A DNA stretch of 64,000 nucleotides from NCBI GenBank assembly GCA_041687695.1, contig JAWLBL010000001.1, positions 177,710-241,709 of the forward strand, read 5' to 3'. The notes below the pieces were generated by a model. That model was not told where the DNA came from. It saw nothing but the letters and a program-made list of their open reading frames with translations, and ran no database searches. Below, in pieces: positions 9,299 to 17,601 of this stretch; positions within the stretch are counted from its first letter, which is position 1; each line of letters starts with the position of its first letter. Source of the stretch: Myxococcota bacterium. Lineage in GTDB: Bacteria > Myxococcota_A > UBA9042 > PHBI01 > JAWLBL01. A program made the position numbers and the translations under genes.

Positions 9299-12016
9299 TC
9301 AGTTCGGCGCGACGAGCGCGGCGGCGGCGCCCGACTGCACGAAGGCGACGAACTGAGGCGCCGGGACGGGGCGGCTGACCAGGTAGCCTTGGACCTCGTC
9401 GCAGCGCATGCCGCGCAGCAGCTCGAGGTGGGTGGCCGTCTCGACGCCCTCGGCCACCAGGGTGAGCCCCAGGCTCTGCCCAAGCGTCACGATGGTCTTG
9501 ATGATGGCGACGTCCTGGGCCGGGGCCGCCGCGTCGCCGGCGATGTCGAGCAGGAAGCTGCGATCGATCTTCAGGGCGTCGACCGGGAAGCGCTTCAAGT
9601 AGTTGAGCGACGAGTAGCCGGTGCCGAAGTCGTCGATGGACAGCTTGACGCCGCCGAGGCGCTTGAGGCTGGTCATGTGCTCGAGCACCTCGTCGATGTC
9701 GTGCATCAGCATGTTCTCGGTGATCTCGAGCTCGAGCGCCTCGGGCGGCAGGCCGGTGACCTCTAGCGCGCGGGCCACGACGGCGGTCAGATCGTCGTCG
9801 CGGAACTGGTGGGCGGACAGGTTCACCGACACCCGCAGGTGCCCGAGGCCGACGTCGTGCCAGTGTCGCGCCTGGCGGCAGGCCTCTTCGATGACCCAGC
9901 GGCCGATGTCCATGATGAGCCCGGTCTGCTCGGCGAGATCGAGGAACCGGTTGGGGTAGAGCAGCCCGAGGCGCGGATGTTGCCAGCGGATGAGCGCCTC
10001 GGCGCCCGTGACCGCGCCCGTCTCGAGGTTCACCTTGGGCTGGTAGTGCAGCACCAGCTGGCCCTCGGGGACCGCGCGGTGGAGATCGCTGACCAGCGAC
10101 AGCCAGTCCTCGGCCGCCGTGCGCATGGCGGGCGTGAAGAACTGGTAGCGGTTGCGCCCCTGACGCTTGGCGCCGTACATCGCGGCGTCGGCGGCGCGCA
10201 GGAGCCCCTCGGCGCTGTCGCCGTCGGCCGGGAAGAGCGCGAGGCCGATGCTGGAGCTGACGTAGACGTCTTGCCCGGCGATGGTGACGCCCGCGGACAG
10301 CGCCCGCAGCACCTTCTGGGCCACCTGCCCGGCGTCGCGTTCGGTCGCCAGCGGCAGCACCAGCGCGAACTCGTCGCCGCCCAGGCGCGCGACCAGGTCG
10401 CTCGAGCGGACGCAGCCCGCCAGCCGCCGGCCGACCTCCTCGAGCAGGGCGTCACCGGCCGTGTGCCCCAGGCTGTCGTTGACCACCTTGAAGTTGTCGA
10501 GGTCGACCAGCGCGACGGCCAGCGGCTGCCGCATCCCGCGGGCGGTCGTCATCGCCTGCTCGAGGCGCGCCTCGAGCTGCGGGCGGTTGGGCAGGCCGGT
10601 GACCGGATCGTGCTCGGCCTGGTGCTGGATGCGCCGCTCGTCGGCCCACTGGCCCAGGGCGATGGCCGCCACGAGGGCCGCCTCGGCGATCACCAGGCGC
10701 TCGGCCTCGGTCGGCTGACGCGTCTTGCGGAAGTGCACGGTCAGCACGCCGTCCTGCAGCGCCGCCGAACGCCCGATGGCCAGCGCCCAGCACGCCCGCA
10801 GGCCGTGATCGGCGCCCGGGTCGCGGGGGCCGGTCGCGCGGAGGTCGGGCTCGATGACCAGCTCGGTCGCGCCGAGCGCCTGGTAGGGGACGCCCAGCTC
10901 GCGCTGGAGGTCGGCGCCGTCGACCGCCTGGACGTACCCGCGCGGGAGGCTCCGGCCGGCCGCATACCGGAACAGGCCCTGGCGGACGCGCCACACGGCG
11001 GCCAGGGCGCCCGGGATGGCCGCCTCGACCGCCGCGACGATGGCGTGCAGCGACTGCTCGATGGGCGCGCGGCGCGCCAGCAGGCCGAGCAGCGCGCCCC
11101 GGTCCAGCTGCGGCTCGGCGGCCGGCGGCGCGAGGGCAGGCGCCTCGACGCGGACCGGGGCGGGCGGCGGGGCGGCCGGGAGGGCGGCTTCGAAGGCCTG
11201 GGCCATGCGGGTGGCCTGGGCGAGGACGTCGTCGAGCGCGCCGTCGAGACCGACCGAGGCCGGCGACGCTCGGCGGTTGGCGAGCGACCGCTTGAGGAAG
11301 CCCATCTGACGCCGCAGCGCCATGAGGTCGTCGGCGCTGTGGGCCCGGACGAGGTCCGGACGGCTGGCGTCGAAGACGCGCGACAGGCGCGAGAGCCGCT
11401 GGAGCTGTTGGGCGCGCTCCAGGGCGACCCCGAGGCAGCCCGCCAGCAGCTCGAGCGCCAGCAGATCGTCGAGATCGGGTGGCTGCTCCTGGCCCCACAC
11501 CAGGCAGAGGGCCCCCAGGACGCTGGCGTCGACGCCGACCGCGACGACCACGCCGTCGTAGCCGCTCAGGCTGCCGTCGGTCACGCCCATGTCGGCCGCC
11601 ATGGTGGCTCCGTCGACGCGCCGGCTGCCCCGCGCCGGCACGGCGAAGGCCGACCCGCCGCGGCCCGGACAGCGCCGCCCGCGCCACGTCTGGACGGCGC
11701 CGAAGGCGGCCATCCACTCGAGATCCTCGCCCTGGCGGCGCGCGAAGCCGGCCCCCTCGGCGCCGCCGAGCTGCATCGCCCACCGCACGCCGATCTCGAC
11801 CAGGGCGCTGAGGCCGGCGTCGGCCGACGAGGCGGCCAGCACGGAGCGGCAGGCCTCGACGAGCTGGGCGGCGCGGCGGTCGCGAGACGCGGGCGCGGGG
11901 GGCTCGGGCGCGGTCAAAGGACTTCTCCGAAGCGAATGCTCGTCCGGTGACGGAGGGCTGGAGCGGGGCGGTACCGAAGAAAGCACGAGTGGCCGTCGCT
12001 CGACAAGCGACGCCAT
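9299..12016 (-). CDS. GAF-domain diguanylate cyclase / phosphodiesterase (GGDEF-EAL)
   Basis: RLGGDEF, EAL, ELEITE, DDFGTGYSSL and EGVE motifs, with two GAF-like N-terminal regions. Start codon uncertain. Confidence 0.92.
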   Translation of the reverse strand: MASLVERRPLVLSSVPPRSSPPSPDEHSLRRSPLTAPEPPAPASRDRRAAQLVEACRSVLAASSADAGLSALVEIGVRWAMQLGGAEGAGFARRQGEDLEWMAAFGAVQTWRGRRCPGRGGSAFAVPARGSRRVDGATMAADMGVTDGSLSGYDGVVVAVGVDASVLGALCLVWGQEQPPDLDDLLALELLAGCLGVALERAQQLQRLSRLSRVFDASRPDLVRAHSADDLMALRRQMGFLKRSLANRRASPASVGLDGALDDVLAQATRMAQAFEAALPAAPPPAPVRVEAPALAPPAAEPQLDRGALLGLLARRAPIEQSLHAIVAAVEAAIPGALAAVWRVRQGLFRYAAGRSLPRGYVQAVDGADLQRELGVPYQALGATELVIEPDLRATGPRDPGADHGLRACWALAIGRSAALQDGVLTVHFRKTRQPTEAERLVIAEAALVAAIALGQWADERRIQHQAEHDPVTGLPNRPQLEARLEQAMTTARGMRQPLAVALVDLDNFKVVNDSLGHTAGDALLEEVGRRLAGCVRSSDLVARLGGDEFALVLPLATERDAGQVAQKVLRALSAGVTIAGQDVYVSSSIGLALFPADGDSAEGLLRAADAAMYGAKRQGRNRYQFFTPAMRTAAEDWLSLVSDLHRAVPEGQLVLHYQPKVNLETGAVTGAEALIRWQHPRLGLLYPNRFLDLAEQTGLIMDIGRWVIEEACRQARHWHDVGLGHLRVSVNLSAHQFRDDDLTAVVARALEVTGLPPEALELEITENMLMHDIDEVLEHMTSLKRLGGVKLSIDDFGTGYSSLNYLKRFPVDALKIDRSFLLDIAGDAAAPAQDVAIIKTIVTLGQSLGLTLVAEGVETATHLELLRGMRCDEVQGYLVSRPVPAPQFVAFVQSGAAAALVAPN

Positions 12017-12091
12017 TGCGTGCCCAGTCCGGACCCGCCGCGACGCGGCCCTGATGTGGACCGCGCCGTGGCGGCGCCGCTCGAGCTCGGA

Positions 12092-15000
12092 TCAGACCCG
12101 CGGCACGTCCGCGTGCAGGAGGCACCGCGTCAGCCAGAGGTTCGCCACCTTCTCCTGGACGCTGTTGGCCTTGAGGCGCGCGTTCAGGAAGGGGAAGTCC
12201 ACCTGGTCGAGGTGCTGATCCTGGTTGGTGCAGGTGAAGACCAGCGTCTCCTTGCCGTCCGGGCCGACGTGGCGCTGGAGGCACTGGGCGCAGATCTCCT
12301 TCATCATGCACTGCATCGGCGAGTTGATGGACCCGATGGCGACGTGGTCGCGCTTCAGGTACGGGGCCAGCACCGAGTGGCGGGCCGCCTTGACCGCGGC
12401 CATCATGCCGTCGGAGCCGATGGCGATGAGGCGGTCGGCCTCGGGCAGCGGCACGACGGCCTCACCCAGCTCGCCCGTGGCGAAGGCGACCATCGCCTGC
12501 ACGATGTTGCCGACGAAGGTGCGGTCCTGCGGGCGCTCGGCCGCGATGCCCGGCGCCTCGTCGCAGGCCCAGATGACCTGGTCGGTCGCCGCCTCGATGT
12601 CCTCGCGCTTGAAGAGATCGGAGGTCTTCCGGTAGCCGGCGAAGTACAGGACCCGGTTGCCGCGCTCCTTGAGCGCCTTGGCGATGGAGAAGAGCACGGC
12701 GTTGCCGAGGCCGCCGCCGACCAGGACGACGCTCTCGCCCTCGGGGATCTCGGTCGGGGTCCCGGTGGGGCCCATGCAGACCACCGGCTCGCCCGGCTGC
12801 AGGGTCGCGCACAGGCGCGACGAGGCGCCCATCTCGAGCACGATGAGGCTCAGCAGCCCCTGCTCGGCGTCGACCCAGGCGCCGGTCAGCGCGAGGCCCT
12901 CGGGGACCAGGCGCGTGCCGTCGACCATGGGCGCCCGCGACTCGAAGGCCTGCAGGCGGTAGAACTGGCCCGGCTGGAACTTGCGGGCGGCGAGCGGCGC
13001 CTTGCAGATGACCTCGACGATGGTCGGGGTGAGGCGCTTGACCTCGACGACCGTGGCGGTCAGCTCGCCGCCGAGGCGCTCGGAGAAGTCGCGCCACTCG
13101 CCGTCGCGGGCGGGCTGCGCGGCCGGGTCGAGCGTGGCCAGCTCGGCCTCGAACAGCTGGGCGACGCGCGAGTAGCCGTCCTTGGCCGAGGCCATCGCCT
13201 TGACGACCGAGCCGGCGTACTGCGGGTGGTTGTCGCCGTAGAACGAGACGCAGCGGGTCTTGTCGGCCGACAGGTGGCTGGTGAAGAAGCCGGCCGGGCC
13301 CGACAGATCCTGGTACAGGTGCGCCGGCTCGAGGCGCAGGGTGCCGTCGGGCTCGCGGTGCGCGTGGTGCGCCTGGAAGTACTGGTTCCAAGCGTCGAGG
13401 GCGAAGCGGCCGGGGTTCTCGCGCTCGACGGTCACGTTGGGCGCGGTGCCCGCGGCGACGCACACGGTGCGCGCCGGCAGCTCGACGATCTCGCCCGTGC
13501 CCTTCCACCAGCGGTCGACCTTGGCCTGGCGCTCGAACTTCACGGCGCGGACTGCCCCGTGCGCGTCGGGCACGGCCTCGATGGGGTTCATCCCCTCGAC
13601 GAAGTAGATGCCCTCCTCGAGCGCCTTCTCGATCTCCTCGTGGTTCAAGCGATAGGCCGGCGAGGACTGCATGTCCTTGCGGTAGGCCAGGCTGACGCCG
13701 CCCCAGCCGCGGACCAGCGCGACGAAGTCGGGCGCCTCGCCGGCGCTCGCGGCCCGCTCGCGCTCGGCGCGGACGGCGCGGCCGTGCTCGAGGAACTCGC
13801 CGAGCACCTCGAGCTCCTCGGGGCGGAAGACCGACTCGGCCTCGAGCCCGAAGGTCTCGACCAGCTGCTCCCAGCGGTCCAGCATCAGCTCGACCTGCAC
13901 CGGGTAGTAGGCCGCCAGCTCGGTCGCCGTGTCGATGCCGGTCAGGCCGCCGCCGATGACGATGGCCGGCAGACGCACCTGCAGCGCCGCCATCGAGTCG
14001 CGCTTGAACGCGCCCGTCAGCTGCAGCGCCATCAGGAAGTCCGAGGCCTTGCGGACGCCGCGGATGAGGTTGTTCTTGAGATCGATGATGGTCGGCCGGC
14101 CGGCGCCCGCCGCCAACGCGACGTGGTCGAAGCCGAGCTGCCAGGCGTCCTCGACGTCCAGCGTCCCGCCGAAGCGCACGCCGCCATGGATGGCCAGGTT
14201 CGGCCGCCGCGCCAGGTTCACGTACAGCGTCGTCAGGAAGTTCTTGTCCCAGCGGACGGTGATGCCGTACTCGCTGACGCCGCCGAAGCCGCTGAGGATG
14301 CGACGGTCGAGCGCGTCGCACATCGACGCCCACTCGCGCACCGGCTCGCGCAAGAGGCGCTCGGGCAGCGGCTCGACCTTCAGGCCGTCGACGCCGACGA
14401 CGCCGAAGCCCTCGTTGACCAGGTGGTGGCACAGCGTGTAGCCGGCCGGCCCGAGGCCCACGACCAGGACCTTCTTGCCGTTGTAGGGCAACGCGTAGGG
14501 CCGCGCCGCGTTCAGCGGGTTCCAGCGGGTCAGCAGCGACCAGATCTCGAAGCCGTACGGCATCTTCAGCACGTCGGTCAGGACGTGCGTCTCGACGAAG
14601 GGGATGTTGACCGGGTCCTGCTTCTGGTAGATGCAGCCCTTCATGCAGTCGTTGCAGATGCGGTGGCCGGTGCCCGGGGCCATCGGGTTGTTGATGGACA
14701 CCAGGGCCAGCGCGCCGATGGCGTCGCCTTCGCCGCGGGCCTTGTGCATCTCCGAGATGTGCTCCTCGAGCGGGCAGCCGTGCAGGCTCACGCCGAGGGG
14801 GTTCTTCTTGAAGGGCGGCACGTCGGCGCCCGGGGCCGGCGCGCCCTTGTCGTGCAGGCCCTTCGAGCACGAGTCCTTGGACCGCTCGTGGCAGATGATG
14901 CAGTAGTCGATCTCGCTCAGCGCCTGGCGCGGCGTGCCGCGGTCGTCGGTGAGGCCGAAGCCGTCGCGGCGGCGCAGGTGCGAGGCCGGGCCGACGATGG

Positions 15001-15796
15001 ACTCGGGGAGGTCGGCCCGCGGGCGCTCGATGTGGACCAGGTGGTCGTAGTCGGTCTTCTTGGGCAGCTTGTAGCTGACCCAGCCGGCGATGGCCGCGCG
15101 CCCGGCGGGGTGCACGGCCCGGGCGTGGCACCAGCGCTCGAGCAGCGAGAGTGTGTTCTGGATCAACCTCTGATCGCCGGCGGGGGCCTCGGCTTCGGTG
15201 CCTTCGGCCAGGGCCGCGAGCGTGGCCGTGCCGGCGACGACCTGGCGCAGGCGCGCGGCCACGGCCGCCGCCTCGGGCTCGAGCTCGCCGCCCTTGGCGG
15301 CCGCCTCGTAGGCCTTGTCGACGTCGAGCAGCGCCACGATCGCGTCCGCCAGCGCCAGCTCGGGGTCCGCCCCGCCCAGCGCCTCGGGCTTGATCTGGCC
15401 CAGCAGCGCCCCCGCCTGCGCGTCGAGCGCCGGGAAGTCCTGCTCGGTCGCCCCCTCGGGCGCCGTCCGGCCGAAGACGCGGCGCGCCATGAAGCGCTTC
15501 TTGAAGTCGAAGATCACCCGGTCCGCCAGCGCCCGCCGCTCGAGGGCGGCCAGCTCGGCCTCGACGCCGAAGAGCGACGCGAGGAAGCGCGAGACGTGGC
15601 GCGACACGGCGACCAGCAGCTCCGACTCGACCGGCCCCTCGAGGGTGCGGCCGGCGCTGTCGCGGTAGGCGACGTAGCGCTCGGCGAGGGCCGCGTCGTC
15701 GGCCTCGAGGCGCGTGACGAAGGCCTGGTGGAGACGGGCGAGGCCGTGCGGGTCGTGCAGGTCCTCGTAGGTGAATTCGGGCAAGCCCAGCTTCAA
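12092..15796 (-). CDS. Large FAD/Fe-S oxidoreductase: GltD/NfnB-like module fused to a C-terminal FNR/PyrK/NfnA-like module
   Basis: CIICH..C..GCPL..GHRICNDC..C; Rossmann motifs GLGPAG and IGGGLTGID; C-terminal GPTG, GGGLG and SPMQCMMKEICAQC..C. GAGGAGG before TTG 15796. Confidence 0.85.
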   Translation of the reverse strand: MKLGLPEFTYEDLHDPHGLARLHQAFVTRLEADDAALAERYVAYRDSAGRTLEGPVESELLVAVSRHVSRFLASLFGVEAELAALERRALADRVIFDFKKRFMARRVFGRTAPEGATEQDFPALDAQAGALLGQIKPEALGGADPELALADAIVALLDVDKAYEAAAKGGELEPEAAAVAARLRQVVAGTATLAALAEGTEAEAPAGDQRLIQNTLSLLERWCHARAVHPAGRAAIAGWVSYKLPKKTDYDHLVHIERPRADLPESIVGPASHLRRRDGFGLTDDRGTPRQALSEIDYCIICHERSKDSCSKGLHDKGAPAPGADVPPFKKNPLGVSLHGCPLEEHISEMHKARGEGDAIGALALVSINNPMAPGTGHRICNDCMKGCIYQKQDPVNIPFVETHVLTDVLKMPYGFEIWSLLTRWNPLNAARPYALPYNGKKVLVVGLGPAGYTLCHHLVNEGFGVVGVDGLKVEPLPERLLREPVREWASMCDALDRRILSGFGGVSEYGITVRWDKNFLTTLYVNLARRPNLAIHGGVRFGGTLDVEDAWQLGFDHVALAAGAGRPTIIDLKNNLIRGVRKASDFLMALQLTGAFKRDSMAALQVRLPAIVIGGGLTGIDTATELAAYYPVQVELMLDRWEQLVETFGLEAESVFRPEELEVLGEFLEHGRAVRAERERAASAGEAPDFVALVRGWGGVSLAYRKDMQSSPAYRLNHEEIEKALEEGIYFVEGMNPIEAVPDAHGAVRAVKFERQAKVDRWWKGTGEIVELPARTVCVAAGTAPNVTVERENPGRFALDAWNQYFQAHHAHREPDGTLRLEPAHLYQDLSGPAGFFTSHLSADKTRCVSFYGDNHPQYAGSVVKAMASAKDGYSRVAQLFEAELATLDPAAQPARDGEWRDFSERLGGELTATVVEVKRLTPTIVEVICKAPLAARKFQPGQFYRLQAFESRAPMVDGTRLVPEGLALTGAWVDAEQGLLSLIVLEMGASSRLCATLQPGEPVVCMGPTGTPTEIPEGESVVLVGGGLGNAVLFSIAKALKERGNRVLYFAGYRKTSDLFKREDIEAATDQVIWACDEAPGIAAERPQDRTFVGNIVQAMVAFATGELGEAVVPLPEADRLIAIGSDGMMAAVKAARHSVLAPYLKRDHVAIGSINSPMQCMMKEICAQCLQRHVGPDGKETLVFTCTNQDQHLDQVDFPFLNARLKANSVQEKVANLWLTRCLLHADVPRV

Positions 15797-15927
15797 GACC
15801 CTTCCTCCTCTCGGGGGCGCATGGGGGGCGCATGGGGGGCGGAGTAGTACCGCACCTAATCCCATGACGCCAAACTCATTCCGGACCCGGCGGGTCGCAC
15901 TCGACGCCGCCGCGGGTCGGGCGGGAA

Positions 15928-17106
15928 TCACGCGCCCAGCGTCCGCTCCCACAGCCAATAGCCGCCCGCGAGGGCGACCAGACAAGACAAGGGCACGACG
16001 AAGCGGGGCCGGTGCCAGGGGCGGCTCTGCGCCCAGCGCAGCGCGGGCCAGGCCAGGGCGACCAACGCCAGCTGGCCGGCCTCGACGCCCAGGTTGAAGG
16101 CGGCGAGCGGCACGGCGAGGGCGCCGGCCGGCAGCTCGAGCTCGGTCAGGAAGCCCGCGAAGCCGAAGCCGTGGACGAGTCCGAAGGCGAAGGTCATCAC
16201 CCATCGCCAGCGCATGAGGTCGGCCGCCTCGCGGCGACGCAGGTTGTCGAGCGCGACGACGACGATGGACGCGGCGATGGTCGCCTCGACCAGGGTGTCG
16301 TCCAGGCTGACGAGGCCCAGCACGGCCACCGCCAGGGTGACCGAGTGGGCCACGGTGAAGGCGGTGACGACCTTGACCAGCGCGCCGAAGCTGCCGCCGA
16401 CGGCCAGCAGGGCCAGCAGGAACAGCAGGTGGTCCCAGCCGAAGACGATGTGCTCGAGGCCGATGGCGAAGAAGGCGGCGAAGCCGCTGGGGCCGGCCTC
16501 CGCCACGGGCGGCTGCGGATCGAGGCCCAAGGTGGCGCTCGGCGGCGCCTCGGCGGCGGTCGCGGCCTCCGGTGTCGTCGAAAAGTCGTGCTCGAAGGTG
16601 CGATCGGCGGCCGTCAGGGCCCGCAGCAGCCGCCCGCGCTCGCCGACGCCGAAGCGCGCGAGGTGGCGATGGTCGCCAGGCAGCCGCTCGAGGAAGTCCA
16701 GGCGCACCGAGAAGGCCGCGAACGGGGCCGCCCCGGCCGGCGCCTCGCACCGCCAGGCGAGCGCGATGATCTGGACGTCCTCGTCCTCCCGCGCGTCCAC
16801 ACGCCCCGGCTCGCCCTGGCAGACCCGGCCGCCGTCGGCGACCACGACCCCAGACAGCACCGCCTGCATCAGCGCGCCGGCGTGCTGCTCGCGCCAGGCG
16901 CGCCGCTCGGCCGGCAGCGACGGCGCCCGCCGGTCCGCCACGGCCTCGACCTGCAGCACGTCCATCTCGAGCACGGCCTCGACCCGCCCGGCCGCCGGGT
17001 CGACGGACCACTTGCCGACGCTGTGCGAGAGCCGATGGGCCGACGCCGCCTCGGGCCACGCGGCCAGCACCGCGACCAGCACCACGCCCAGTCCGATCCT
17101 CGTCAC
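15928..17106 (-). CDS. HupE/UreJ-family membrane protein with an N-terminal exported domain
   Basis: Signal peptide ending ASAH; GLEHIVFGWDHLLFL, TAFTVAHSVTL, FGLVHGFGFA and FNLGVEAGQ motifs. Confidence 0.88.
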   Translation of the reverse strand: MTRIGLGVVLVAVLAAWPEAASAHRLSHSVGKWSVDPAAGRVEAVLEMDVLQVEAVADRRAPSLPAERRAWREQHAGALMQAVLSGVVVADGGRVCQGEPGRVDAREDEDVQIIALAWRCEAPAGAAPFAAFSVRLDFLERLPGDHRHLARFGVGERGRLLRALTAADRTFEHDFSTTPEAATAAEAPPSATLGLDPQPPVAEAGPSGFAAFFAIGLEHIVFGWDHLLFLLALLAVGGSFGALVKVVTAFTVAHSVTLAVAVLGLVSLDDTLVEATIAASIVVVALDNLRRREAADLMRWRWVMTFAFGLVHGFGFAGFLTELELPAGALAVPLAAFNLGVEAGQLALVALAWPALRWAQSRPWHRPRFVVPLSCLVALAGGYWLWERTLGA

Positions 17107-17441
17107 CCGCTCACCTCCAGCCGGACCGCCCGGCCCAGCGCGCGCGACACCACCTCGGACAGGGCCTCCGACAGCGCCTCGCCCAGCTCACGCCCGGCGC
17201 GCCGGTCGACCCAGCGCCCCTCGACCCCGTCGAACTTGAACGCCGCGTCCGGCGTCGCCAACCACAGCTGCCGCAGCGGCGGCTGGCGGCTCACGAACAG
17301 GCGCGCGCCGTCCTCGACCTCGATCTCGAGCACGCCGTGGCTCAGCGTCGCGTCGATCTCGTCGAGCCCCAGCGCGTCGATGCCGTCGCGCAGGCCCCTC
17401 AGCGTGTCGTCGCTCCAACGATCGTAAGTGCGCTCGTCCAT
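17103..17441 (-). CDS. cyaY: Frataxin-like iron donor protein CyaY
   Basis: GVLEIE, SRQPPLRQLWLA and FKFD..RW motifs; 112 aa. Confidence 0.82.
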   Translation of the reverse strand: MDERTYDRWSDDTLRGLRDGIDALGLDEIDATLSHGVLEIEVEDGARLFVSRQPPLRQLWLATPDAAFKFDGVEGRWVDRRAGRELGEALSEALSEVVSRALGRAVRLEVSG

Positions 17442-17601
17442 CCGGAGCCCTCGCCGCGCCGTCCCTGGCGCCGACGGGACGCACCATGCCCCGCCGCCGC
17501 CCGCGCATCAACTCACGCGCGCCCTCTTGATGTTCCGGCCCGCGTGCCGAAGATCGCGCGCGCCCTCGGTGCGCCAGCCTCCGTCCCGACCAGGAGCCGC
17601 C

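Noticed and set aside
15813..15842. GGGGGCGCAT short repeat or G-quadruplex upstream of the oxidoreductase
   Set aside because: Only about 2.5 copies, not distinguishable from chance in GC-rich DNA.
12020..15847. Long antisense or alternate-frame ORFs (also 17337-20402, 27948-30638, 31721-34681, 42194-45181, 53272-56748, 58110-60959)
   Set aside because: They mirror well-supported genes, have no recognisable motifs, and are expected from stop-codon scarcity at this GC content.
15797..17059. N-terminal extension of the oxidoreductase ORF to 1655 aa
   Set aside because: It overlaps the HupE/UreJ gene out of frame, and a strong SD precedes TTG 15796.
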